This document shows, one piece after another, positions 13,615-26,240 of a DNA stretch of 64,000 nucleotides. A program made the position numbers and the translations under genes. Position 1 is the first letter of the stretch, and each line of letters opens with the position of its first letter. Source of the stretch: Pelomyxa schiedti (Eukaryota > Protista > Evosea); NCBI GenBank assembly GCA_020536535.1, contig JAHLWZ010000856.1:1-64000 (forward strand). Direction: 5' to 3'. The notes under the pieces were generated by a model that was given only the letters and a program-made list of their open reading frames with translations, was not told where the DNA came from and did no database searches.

Positions 13615-15010
13615 TTATCCTGTAAGTTGATTCATTTGGCAATAATCTACAAAGTCTGTGTACAAGCAAGGCCCTGTGAAAGGATTCCAATGAATTTCGG
13701 AAAGATTGAGTGGTGCATACAAGGGTCATCTGGGTTCCAAGTTGAAAAGTTTGGAGGAATAGCTTGTGAAAAGTCAAAGAAGCAACTCCACTGGTCTGAA
13801 CAAGAGGTTAGAAGATGAGATAATTGTGACAGCTACCACCTTTATTTAACATTTTGGTGCTCCCTTCCTTGAGGAAAGTAGAGAAGTTCGTAACATGATG
13901 GAACCCTGGCCTACCCAGCAAAGCAATAGATATCATCTGACCAGCATATATACTTTCCAGTAACTGTGATGTTGGTTTATAGTTGTCGATGTGTGAAAAA
14001 AGAGATATGACCTTGTGCTCAGGAGTTTCTTTGGAAAAATCAAAGGCATACTGGTACATTTTCTTGAGTTCGGGCACATTGGAATTGAGTGATGAGTTTA
14101 TGCTTTTTAGTTTTGGAAGCAGCTCTGAAAGCGTTTTGCATCTGGAATGCACTCAGCAACCTAAAACATATAATTTGAAGTACTTGAGGGCCTTCATTCC
14201 GCCCATAAACTCTTCCTTTGAAAGGTACCCGTTTCGGGCTGCCCCAAATTTCCATGCCAAAACTAGAGTGAGAACCTTGAATAAATCAGGCAAAGAGTGG
14301 AGGAGAGGGGACAAACGTCATCAGGGGCCACTCCAAGTTGTTCACATAGAGTCTCAACACCATCCGGATTGATACTATCTTCCCCTTTGCTAAAAGTATT
14401 AAATAAATCAAGCAGTTCATCTGGAGGGCTCGGTTCTACTGCAGTTGCAACTGGTTTGGTGGTTGCGGCTGTGGGTGTTGGTGTCACTGATGTCGTTGAT
14501 GTCACAGGGCTGGGGGTTGGTGTAGAAGGTGTAGGGGAGGCACTTGTAGTTACAGTTATAGGTGCAGGTTTAGGAGTTGTGGATGTTGTTGTGGTGGAAG
14601 TGGAAGTTTTTGTGGTGGGAGTACTAGTAGGTTCCCCTTTGGCTTTACCTGGCGGGGCTGAATGGCTTCCATGAACTTTCTCTGACTGACTTCATCAGAT
14701 AGGAATAAATGGAATACAAGAAAAGACATCATACACATGGTGTGTACATGGCAGGTGACATGCACCTTTTATGTGTGGAGTACTTGCACTCTATTGGTTT
14801 TTATTGACCAGTCAGACAAGGTATCATAATTGAAAGAAACAACAACTGGTTTATTCAATAGGTTTCATTTTCGAAAATTTTCCACGTACTTGAGCAACGG
14901 TATCCTTGTTTCGAAAACACGCCCCATATGAAATCATGGCAGTATGTGCACCATGTCAATTTGTGAAAATAATACAATTTGAAATCGTGTCCGTCCCCAG
15001 GCCCAGACAT
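13615..15010 (-). CDS. DCN1-like (cullin neddylation) protein with N-terminal C1 domain
   Basis: INPDGVETLCEQLGV, LVLAWKFGA, MYQYAFDFSK, DQWSCFFDF, WPCLYTDFV (DCN1/PONY); HDFKLYYFHKLTWCTYCHDFIWGVFSKQGYRCS..CKYSTHKRC (C1). Confidence 0.88.
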
Positions 15011-15325
15011 TTACGAACAAACCACCGTTATACTTGACGAATAAACGCAGATCTAGGAAGAAGAAGATCCAGACATACTTGACACCATCACAGCAAGGGG
15101 AGCACACCTTCGTGGAGTCAGTTAGGGGAAGATCGGAGAGAGGACTCTCAGTTTTGTCAACTTGGGGGACGACTGGGCCATCAGAGTTGGTCTTTTTCCA
15201 GGAAAAACAGGGGAGGAAAATAAAAGATAAAATAAAGAAAACCAAAATAAAGGTTGGGGTTGTAGTGCACGGCGAGGGGAGATCTACACGTTACGTAACG
15301 AACAGCGGTACAACAGAGTGTGAAA

Positions 15326-16588
15326 ATGGCGGGAATCAAAAAGAGCGTGAAAGTGGTGCTCGTTGGCGACGGCGCTGTTGGGAAGACTGTGCGATCTCCT
15401 TTTCTTTCTTTTTGGGTGTTTTCTAACGCTTCCTTAGAGTTTGTTAATTTCGTACACAACGTACGTTTTTTTTTTTTTTTTTTTTTTGTCTTTTTTTTTC
15501 TCCCGTTCCGACCACTGACCTTGTGTCCAAAATCAGTCACGCGTTTCCAAAAACCTACGTTCCAACGGTTTGCCTTTTCTTTTCCGTTATTTTTGACTCA
15601 CTTATGTTAGGTTTTTGACAATTTCAATGCTATTGAAATGTACCTAAATAAACCTGTAAACCTTGTACTTTGGGTATGACTCACTTTTCCTTTTTCCTAC
15701 TGATGCTAACCACGCCCCAAGGATACAGCCGGTCAGGAAGAGTAAGTACAGTTCCTATTTAACGATTTTGCCCTTACAACATTTCATGCATTTTGAAGCT
15801 ATGACAAACTGCGACCATTGAGGTAAGGCTCCTATTCACTTCTATCAAAGCATGACAGTTTCTTTCCTTAGCTATCCTGATACGGATGTTTTCGTTATTT
15901 GTTTTGAAATCACAAGTCGAGATTCATACGAAAACGTAAGATCTAAGGTGTGACTCTTTTATTCCACGAAGCAAACTCAAATTTGATCAGTGGATACCCG
16001 AAATTAGGCTTTCCAATCCTGATACACCCATTGTATCGCGTACTTATTCCCAAACATTCTAATTTCATTCCAAGATTCTTGTTGGTACGAAGCTTGATTT
16101 AAGAAACGATATGAAGAAATTGCGGGAACTGGAAGCAAACCACCAGCAACCTATCTCACTAGAGGAGGTAATTAATTCAAGTCCCCACAGATTGTGCTTA
16201 CGGTGAAGTACAGGGTGAGGCACTTAAAGATCAAATTAATGCGGCATCTTATCTGGAATGCTCTGCACTCACCCAGAGTGGCGTGAATGAGATTTTCCAC
16301 GAATCAATCAAAGTGGTGTTAGAAAAGGAGAAGGGCAGCAGCTCGAAGGATAAAAAGAAACCCAAACCAGCCACATCAACGCATTCCTCCTCCTCAGCTG
16401 CCTCTACGCCGGCGACACCCATGTCTGCTTCCGCTTCCTCAACCACAACCACCTCCACTTCGTCATCCACCTCTACCTCGACCTCTATGTCAGCATCCAC
16501 CCCACCCAGTTCAACTAAGGCCACAAAGCCGTCATTCTTTTCTTGGAAGCGCAACAAAGACAAAGACAAAGACAAAGGAAAGCACTAA
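15326..16588 (+). CDS. racD: Rho-family GTPase, RacD-like (Ser/Thr-rich tail, no CaaX)
   Basis: [62 protein letters not shown]; tail ..[17 protein letters not shown] resembles Dictyostelium RacD; several micro-exons. Confidence 0.88.
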
Positions 16589-16771
16589 ACAATGCCACCA
16601 AAACGTGAACAGCAACAGCACCCCTTTGAACAGCAACAGACACCACGAAATTCCAACCAACCCAAACAAACAACCTGTTTATTTGAAACAACCCACATCA
16701 TCCTCTTTGTAAGTCGTTTCTCTCTTGTTATTACTGCACACTACACATTCCACTAAGGGTGGCCTTTGTTC

Positions 16772-18396
16772 TCAGTGGTTGGAGTCCCTGTTGCCTTTGG
16801 CTTTTCCTTTGGCTTTGTTGTATAACGCTATTATACATGGGCCTTTGGTCACAGACATGATTGTGCCAAGAGCAACGACTCGGGACATGTTGTGAACAAT
16901 GATGGTGCCAAGGCGGGGGTGTTCTGTGAAAGGCTCCACAGATACCGGCCTCATGGGTATCATTAGAACTATGGCTGAGTCTCCTGGCCGAATGTATGTC
17001 GGATTGTGCTGAAGGACTTTACCACTGTGGTAGTCGATTTTGGCCTGAAGCTCGGCAAACCGGCACGCGAAGCGAGCTGCATGACAGTGAATCAGCGGAG
17101 AAAATCCAGGACGAATCGAAGTGCCATGGGGAAGAACAGTCACCTGGAATCAGTTTAGTGATTCCGTAAGTAACATTGGATTTGGGAGCTTACGCGTGCC
17201 AGGAAGCTTGAAACTGATGAAGGTGGGTTATTGTCTGCATCCCCTGTTACGGCGCCTCTCCTAATGTCTGCTACTTCCACATTTTTCAGGTTAAATCCAA
17301 TATCGTCCCGAGGCATTGCCTCGGCTAGGGGCTCGTGGTTCATCTCTATGGATTTCACTTGGGCAGTGATGTTGTCAGGTGCAAGTGTGATTGTCATGCC
17401 AGGCCTCAACACACCACTTTCCACTATACCAACAGCCACGGTTCCAACTCCGCTAATCATATAAGCTCCTTCAATAGAGATGCGGAGAGGTTTTTCAATA
17501 GGCATTGTTGGCGGTTCTACGAGATCAAGAGCCTCCATTAGTGTAGGGCCATTGTACCATTGTGCCATGGTGGAGCGAGTAACGAGGTTATCTCCATGCC
17601 ACCCAGAAATGGGTATGAAACTGATATTATGAGGATTGTATCCAATCTATGGCAGTGTGAATTCAAGGCTTATTCTTCGCCAACAAGGCTTCCTTAAGAC
17701 CTTTTCCAGGAAAGTGGACATTATTGTCTTCACATCCACATAGCGAGATTCGCTCCACTTCACTGACTTATCATCCATCTTGTTGACCAAGACAATCATG
17801 TGCCTGACGCCAAGTGTGTAAGCCAGCCATACATGCTCTCTCGTTAGTCCCGTCATGCTAATTCCAGCCTCAAACTCCCCAAGTGGTGCTGCAACTACTA
17901 GAAGAGCCACATCAGCCTTCCCATTTTTGGTACCATATTTCAATACATGTTGGCAGCTCCAATGGGGAAAAAGAAGAAGAGAGAAGGAGAGGAAAAGAAA
18001 AAGAAAAAAAAAAAGGAATGTAATCAACACAAGTCAGTGATGGCACACCAGACACGTTGCAGATATCATGTTTCCCATAAAGTCCCTGTGGCCCGGGGTG
18101 TCGATCACTGTGCACAGGCGGGCCCTCGTCTCCACGTCCCTGGCGGCCGCCTCTGTCGTGATCTCCCGCTCCCTCGCGGCCCTGCGGCGGTCCATCAGCA
18201 GGGCGTACTTCCTGCCGCCGGACATGCCCCGCGACTCCCTCCACCTCTCGCTGGCCTCCACCTCCCTCGGCCCCACGGCCCCCATCGCCACGGCGAGGTG
18301 CCCCGCCGTCGTGGACTTGCCGCTGTCCACGTGCCCAATCACCGCGGCCCTCACTCGTGGTTTGCCGTTGTTGGTGCTTGCTGACGATACTCTCAT
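16772..18396 (-). CDS. Divergent elongation factor 1-alpha-like GTPase
   Basis: GHVDSGKSTT, DTPGHRDF, GEFEAG, VNKMD, ISGWHGDN, WYNGPTL, ISGVGTVAVG, VKSIEMNH, IGFNLKNV. Confidence 0.9.
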
Positions 18397-18672
18397 TACG
18401 GTTCGTTTGGAAAGTGAGTGCGTTTGATTGGTTTCGTAGAATTGTGGGACCTCATGAAGAAGGGGGAAAAGCAAGATGGTATGGTTGCAATGAGGGTTTT
18501 CTTTTTCTTTTTTGTTGTCCCAATTCATTTGGGATTTTTATAAAAAAAGATGATGTGGGGATTTACTCATACATGAGAAGGCCGACAGTCCCTTGGTGGG
18601 AGTGCAGACTGTCATGAATGAGTCTGTTGATTTGGATGTGTGCCCATTTTCTTTTACAATGCCAGAGTAATT

Positions 18673-20685
18673 TTAGAAGTCAGGTATTGCAGTAAACTTG
18701 GAGGCCACATCAAACATCTTAGGGCATGAGTACTTCTTCTTGACAGCAACAAGTTTGGTGGTCTCCTGTTCGCGAACTATTTTATTAAGATAGCGCGCGC
18801 ACTCGATGACAGCTGAAGCCGGATAGCGGCTGTAGTACTCCAAAGTGGGTGTCTGAACATTGAGGGAAGAGGGAATAAAGAGTGTGAGGGACAAAGGGAT
18901 GGAGTGTGTTGGATACCCAATCTGGTTGCATTCCTGTCATCACTCGGGCAAGTAAGACACAAGCTGCGGCGATCTGAGATGGAGGGAACTGCAGCATGCT
19001 ATAATCAAGTAGGGAAAGCTCAGCGAGCCATTTGGAAACAGTGTGAACTTGAGCATTATGTTTGGCGGCGCGAGAGTAACGGCGGAGGAAAAAGAGGGTG
19101 CTGGGGGTGGAAAGCTTGAAGTCAATGACTTTGAGGACGTGTCGCTCGAACTTTGATTTGTCATACAAAATAGCAAAGGAAGCGAGTGGAATACCTTCCG
19201 AATGTCGTCTGCTGAACAGGCCCTATCACTGAGGTGGAAGAAAGTCGTTATTAGTACATTGACACAAGTAAAACTAGGCTTACCTTATAAAAACCAAATC
19301 GTTTATCTCAACTGCAAATATCTCCTCAAATTTGGTTGCAATAAGCAACGCTGTGACACCAAGAAGTTGGAATTGTTGCCTGAGGAGTAAAGTAAGATTA
19401 TTTACTGATTTATCATTTACAGCATTTTCAGTACCTGGTTATTTCATTGACAGACAAATATTTATCCACAATCATAATCGTAAGGAATAGTGTATCAGGC
19501 AACAGTTTAAATTTAAGGGTCACTTCGCACTATGGTTACATAAGTCAAATGTATGAATCTTGAAAGATCTCCAACCAGCCAATTGACAAGTATTGACCTC
19601 ATTTTGCCATTTATTTGCGTTTGGCGAGAAAGGTAACCACAGTCAACAAGCTCAGCCCTCTATGGATAATTAAAACGGGAGTATGAAAGTATTCAGCTGT
19701 CTACCTCCTTTAGGTAGGCGTTCAAAAATATTTCCATTGCATATTCAGTGCATCCCATAGGATCATGAATAGCATCAACATCATCCACTTCTTGTAGTTG
19801 TTGCACTTGAGGGGGTGGTTGTACTTGAGGGGGTTGTTGAGGAAGGGCGGCTTCGTGAGGAAATCTAGCTTGAGAGTTGCAGACCGAAGTAACGGGTTGA
19901 ATGACAGGTTGGGGCTGAACAGCGGGTTGAGACTGGACCACAGGTTGGGGCTGAGCAACGGGCTGAACTGCCTGTACTGGGATGGTCTGTGGTGGAGGCA
20001 TGAACTGATGTGGTTGGGGATGATGCGAGGATGCGGCATGAGGCGGCAAAGAGTGTTGTGCCAATGCTGCGTGACTGTGCTGTGAAACCCCACTCACTGT
20101 AGGAATTTTGAAGGCTCTTGCAGGAATAGCCTGTGGTATCAACAAATGGAGTAAGAATAGCATCCCACATAAAATTCCCAAGTAAGAGCCACAGCAGTAA
20201 CAAACTAACCCACAATACGGTAACACATACACCCACAAAACAAAATATAAACATGCGGAGCTATCCATATAAGTCTATAAATAGACTTGGCACCATACCG
20301 CTTTCTTAGGAGGAGGAACAGCCAAGCTCGTGTCGGGCACATTCGTTATGTTCCCCAAAGCTGGTCTCTTCACAGCCACTTGCTTGCTCGATGCCGCCGC
20401 CAACGATGCTGAAGACGACGACGCAGCAGCAGAAGCAGAAGCAGCAGATGCCGACGACGCCGCAGAAGCAGAAGAAGTGGAGGAGACGGAAGCAGTAGCA
20501 AGAGGCTTTTTGCCCTGGAGCAGAGAGCTCTTGGTGGCGACGTGGGTCCTGTTCTCGTCGACGGGCGCGCCGGGCTTGCAGACTGGGAGGCCGCCTCCGT
20601 TGTTGGACGCGATGCAGGGGATGTTGGAGGGCTGCGAGGAGACTCCGCCGCCGATCTTGGACACGTTCTTTAGTATGTGGTGCAT
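18673..20685 (-). CDS. Mitotic (B/A-type) cyclin
   Basis: D-box RPALGNITN; MRSILVNWL; cyclin-box exons; FFLRRYSRA, LAELSLLDY, FPPSQIAAAC. Confidence 0.92.
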
Positions 20686-21210
20686 GGTCTCGGGCTCGTG
20701 GCGGTTCGATAATCGAGCGGCGTTAATATTGTGCTTTGGGAGTGGCAGGCTGGTGTGCTTGATAACTGCCTTTTAGCGTCGTAGGGGAGGAGCGAAGGGC
20801 ACCCACCGACTTTGGTTGTTTTGAAATAAAGAAAATGCAACTCACTCTTGCCTATAAGAGGTCTGCAAATAGAAAATGGCGCCTTTTTTGTTTGAACCCG
20901 CAGAGTTTTTTGAACTCCCCCAATTTGCCCGCGAAGTTCGAGATAGAGGGAGGTGGTACCTGGTTCTTCATAAGGGGAGCTGGTTGCCCTTACCTAGAGG
21001 AACATTTTCCCTTGTTCCCCCTGATTTGGATGACCTTTGGGACCCCGTGGTCCATGTAGGCCTCAAATCGGAGCCGTACAGCAACTACTGCAGTCCTTCC
21101 ACATGTGATCATCCATTCGGCCACACCGGGACCCTGTCCGCTCCTGTCCCCGGGAGAAAAGTGATCACGGCCATCACACTTCAGTTCTCACAAAAACGCA
21201 GCCCGAAATC

Positions 21211-24200
21211 ATGCACGACCCCTCAACAGCCGAGCCCCCCGCCTCCGCCGACGCGCCCACCGCCCCCGTACTCGCGCGCCCCGACCCCGCCGCGGCGCCC
21301 GGCTCCCCCGCGCCCAAGCCCTCCCGCGGCCACTCGGGGCACCACCACCGCCACTCCCACTCCCACCACTCCCACTCCCGCGAGCACCACCACCACCAGC
21401 AGCAGCAGCAGCAAATCAAGGAGTCGCCGACCACCCCTCACAACGCTGAGCATCTCTCCCGCCAGAACATGCATACTTCTGCGCCGGTGGTGCCGAGACT
21501 GGGGGCTTCAGGCCACACAGACGAGCTTGGCCCCAACGGCGGGGCGAGGTCGTCGAGCGCGAGCATGGACGTGGGGGGCGGCGGTGTGGATTATGGGACA
21601 CTGGAGGCCTCGGTCGTGGCGCTGGGGCCGCCGCCGCCGCCGTCCCCTCAGTTGCTGAGAACGGACGAGCCGTCCCGCAGTGCTGCGGCGCAGCCACTGC
21701 AGCGTGGCAACAGCGGCGCGGACGACATTATGGGCACACGGACCGAGGACCCAGACGAGGGGATGCCGCCGCCGCCACCCTCTCCTCCTGACAGCCCCCC
21801 TCCGTCGCCTCCTTTGGGAAATGAACCGCCACAACCACAACTGCTGCAGCAGCAGCAACAAACCTATTGTGGGACACCGCCGGGCCCACCGTCCTTTCCT
21901 TCGTCTGTTGATGCACCTCCTGTTGGGACAGTTTACCCAAAATATCATTATGGGCATAATGCACCAAACCCTGTAGGCATGAAGCACTCTGCTTCATGGG
22001 ATAATTCAGATGGCAACACAATGCAATCCATGGATTCTGCTGCAGCAATAACAAAGTCTCCTAAACACACACATACACAGACTCAAACACACACAGGCAC
22101 ACAGCCAGTTATGCCACCTCCTCTTCTCAGTCTCCCCCCGAGATTGAAGAGGCACCCCACATCTACTCCCACACCCACTGTCACTCTCACCAATTCTAGT
22201 AGTACATCCCCGATTCCAACTGCGCATCTATCTTCACAATGGTACCACCACAGCAAGCATCTGCACCATCAATCCCCCACCTCTGTATCTCCCTCAACAA
22301 TATCTACGGCATCTACTAGGTCTCTGCAGTCTATGTCAAATATATCACCCCCGTATAGGAGCTCGCATAGCTCTATCAGCAGTAGTGGTAGCATCAATGC
22401 ATCTCCTGTAGGGAGCATTGCGGGATTTAAAGTACTGGCTGAGGGCGCAGTCAGTACAGATGACGTTGCTGAAACCGCCACAGCAACATTAATTGGGGAG
22501 CGTATTTGGAATGAAGGAGGTGCAGATAGTGATGAAGAAGCTTCTGCAAAGAAAAATGACAGGAAAAGATTAATTGATGGCTCCTCGGCAAGTATTTCAG
22601 CTACTGGTAGCGTTTTGGCCCATGCAGAGGGCGGAAAATACAATGGTATTGTTGCATATGCACTGTTGCTCAATTGCATGATGGGTGTTGGAATGTTTGG
22701 ATTACCGCATGCCTTTTGGTATACTCCCTGAAACTTAACTCATTTGTAACAAATCTTCGAAACGAAAAGGCATGCCGGGGCCCCTTTGGCAATCCTTATG
22801 GGCATCTTTTTATTTATTGTGAATGTGCTGACCTGTATGTGGGTTTTGGAGGTAATCTTCACTTCTCTTACTGCCACTAGAAAAGATAACCATCTGTGAA
22901 TTGTTAGGTGATGGCCCGTACACATGGAGTGATGCAGACTAAAGCACATAACACCTTGATACCCAAAAATACCATTGGATACGAGAAGTATGATTTGGGA
23001 AAAATGTCACACATTTTTGGAGGCATGACAGGTAGGCTGGCTTGTCAAGTTGTTGTTATCACGTACTGCTTTGGTTGTATGTGGGCCTGCGCTGCTGTGT
23101 TTGGTTCGAGTGTCTCACAACTGGTATATTGACATTTCTATTTAACATACTCTTATTTCACTCCAGATTTTTGAGTTACTTGGAGGGGATACTTGCGATG
23201 TCTACTTCAAGCCCTCCAGATCTTGTACTGCAGCATACTTGATTTCTATTCTGATGTATTCTTCACAATACATTCTCCCTTTTCCAATGAGTTGGCAGAT
23301 ATGGCGTTGTTGTAACAGTCCTAACCTTGCTTGACTATGGATACCAATTAGTCCTGCAATTATTTTTATCAGTGGGTTGACCAGTTCTCATGTTTTTTTT
23401 CTGTAGAACTTAGACAACTTCTAGGTTTACCGATTCCTTGGCTTTTTGCTCATGATAGGAACCATAATATATGCTCTGGCTGTTTCTGGCCCTCTCAACC
23501 TGGAATCTACCAGTGGTAGTTCCGATAGTGGTCCTTCAGACATATGGACTGCTCATTGGGATGGGTTTTATCTGGTGTTCACTGGCATGGCTTATGTGTT
23601 TGTTGTCCAATACAACATGCCTGGCATGATTCACGTGATCCTACTGATTTTACTGATCCCACACACCACCAGAAATCTTAACACCTGTGAAGTCCAAGAA
23701 GAAATTGAAAGGCATCATGATTTTCAACCTTCTCACAGTCGCGATTGTTACTGTTGGTGTTGGCATTCTCTGTGCTTGGTTTTTCAATGGGACTATTGAG
23801 CCACTATGCATTCTAAATTGGAGGTTGACTGCTCTTAATACCGACTTACTAAAGAGCCTTAGGTTCTTCACCGGCCTCGGTCCTTCAGGGTGGTCAGAGG
23901 GAGAACGAACTTGGTTTGCTTGGTTTACATGTAAAGCTTGCTTTTTTCTTTGACTATTAACACACTTGTTTGCAGATATTGTCATACTATTGTTTCCGGT
24001 TGTTGACCTTATCAGCATTTTTCCTCTCGTGGCTGTAACGCTTTCAGACAACCTTACCCACTCCTTGCCCTCCTCCCTTGTTGAGATTTACCCAGTAAAA
24101 ACCAAAGTGATATCAAGGATCGTTGCAGTTATTCCACCACTGATAGGTGCTATGGCATGTAATTATCTCGGAATTTCTCTTTCTAATATTTCACTACTAG

Positions 24201-24449
24201 GTAGAGGCAAACCTCTCCTACATATTCATGTTCAGTGGCCTACCAGCGTTTGTTATTCAGTGTGTCATCCCTGCTGCACTGCAACTGTTATCATTCAAAT
24301 ACTTCGAAAGTGTCTATGCCGGAAAGGACAAAACACCCTACACCACCGCAGTATTCAGCAGCCGGCCAGTCGTGGTCATCATTGTGATAGTTGGCATACT
24401 TGCGCTATTGGTTAGTGCGCTGTGTTCCCTTGTACCTCTGTTCCTGTAA
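21211..24449 (+). CDS. Amino-acid transporter (AAAP/SLC38 family, TMEM104-like) with long disordered N-terminus
   Basis: YALLLNCMMGVGMFGLPHAF, many hydrophobic exons, FPVVDLISIFPLVAVTLSDNL; His/Pro/Gln-rich N-terminal region of ~480 aa. Confidence 0.8.
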
Positions 24450-24679
24450 ACAACCTTTTTTTGTAAATCTAATCGGGTGTCATGCCTTTCTATTCTATTT
24501 GGTAGTCACATGTCAACGCAACTGCGACCTGTCAATCCAAAAGAGGATTCTGCAAGCTGAATTTTCTTCCTTTATAAGTTTTGACACCGACAGGTGTCAA
24601 ACCAAAAAAAAAAACATACAAGCAACAACCGCAATAAAAAACAAGCGACATACAAAAAAAAAAGCGTTTTTGAAAAAGA

Positions 24680-26096
24680 ATGAGCCGAACAGTCGAAGAA
24701 GTGGTGGCAATCGACGATTTCAATGACATGAACCTAAAGGAGGAACTATTGAGGTAAAAAAACTGCGTTTTCGAAAAAGCAAACTCATGTATGGTAGGGG
24801 AATTTACAACTATGGTTTTGAGAAACCCTCCATGATCCAGCAGAAAGCAATACGTCCTCTTTGTGAAGGCCGCGACGTAATTGCACAAGCTCAATCCGGA
24901 ACAGGCAAAACCGGCGCCTTTGCTATTGGGGCTCTGCAGAGGGTGGATACTGATGTTGAAGGATGTCAAGCTCTATTTCTATCTCCAACGAGGGAGCTTG
25001 CTAATCAGACATACTCGGTAGGTATTGTTTGGCTCTTTGCGGAACTTAATTCTAGTGTAGGTCATTTCAGAAATAGGCCAGAGAATGGCTCTTTCTTGTG
25101 CTTTGTTGATAGGAGGTCTTGGGATGAATCTCAGTGATGCACGCAACTGTAAAGTGGCAGTCGGAACACCCGGCAGGGTCTGTGATATGATAAACAGAGG
25201 CTTCCTTGATCCGCGAACAATACGAATTCTCATCTTGGATGAAGCCGATCAACTCTTGGACAGGTTCTTTGCCATATGTAGTTTTCACAAGTAATTTTTC
25301 CATAGGAACTTCAAAGAGCAGCTCTATGACATTTTCCAAGCCCTCCCACGCCAAGTTCAAGTTGGATTATTCTCAGCCACAATGACGCCTGAAGCCCTTG
25401 AGATAACCCACAAGTTCATGAACAATCCCGTAGAAATTTTAGTCAAGGCTGAGGAACTGACTCTTGAGGGAATGAGGCAGTATTACATAGACGTTGAACG
25501 AGAAGACGCTAGTATGCACTCTCCACTACTTGAGGTAATTAAACTCACAATCCTTAGAACTGGACACTCTTTGTGACTTGTACGATACCCTGAGCATTTC
25601 CCAATCTGTCATATTTGCCAATTCATGCAGAAAGGTTCAATTCATATCTGACCAGCTGCACCAGCGACGATTTACAGGTTAGTTCCCACCTCAACCCATA
25701 GAAAAATACTTACCATTCAATAGTATCATGTACACATAGCCAGTTGAACCCCAAAGAGAGACTGTCGATTCTCAAAGACTTCAGGTCAGGACACACGCGG
25801 GTTCTAATATCCACGGACGTGCTGGCAAGGGGCATAGACGTCCAACAAGTCTCCCTCGTTATAAACTTTGACCTCCCTCTAGAGCCTGAGACCTATATCC
25901 ACAGGTATTTCTTCATCGTTTCGACAAAGATGTGTTTCTAAACACTACAAGGATTGGACGCAGTGCCAGGTTCGGAAGGAAAGGCGTCGCCGTGAACTTT
26001 GTCACGTCAAGGGATGGCACCAAATTACATCAACTGGAGAAAATGTATGACACTTCCATCGTCCCGATGCCAACCAACATAGCCGATTTCTTGTAA
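24680..26096 (+). CDS. eIF4A: eIF4A-family DEAD-box RNA helicase
   Basis: [65 protein letters not shown]. Confidence 0.93.
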
Positions 26097-26240
26097 ATAA
26101 GAGGGGATAAAAGATGTTACAATCTTTTTTTTGTTATTCCATGGTTGATGATGTGGACAGAGATAGGTTTTAGTAACAAAAATGGTATACCCGTGATGAG
26201 ATTCGGTAGGGGAAAAGGGGTATGTACATCATAAAATGGG

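Noticed and set aside
16283-16588. Rho GTPase lacking CaaX as a novelty
   Set aside because: Matches the known RacD architecture of Dictyostelium
17917-18048. Apparent insertion in the eEF1A-like G domain
   Set aside because: Better explained as an intron; splicing gives ISATCL-ADVALLVV, collinear with eEF1A
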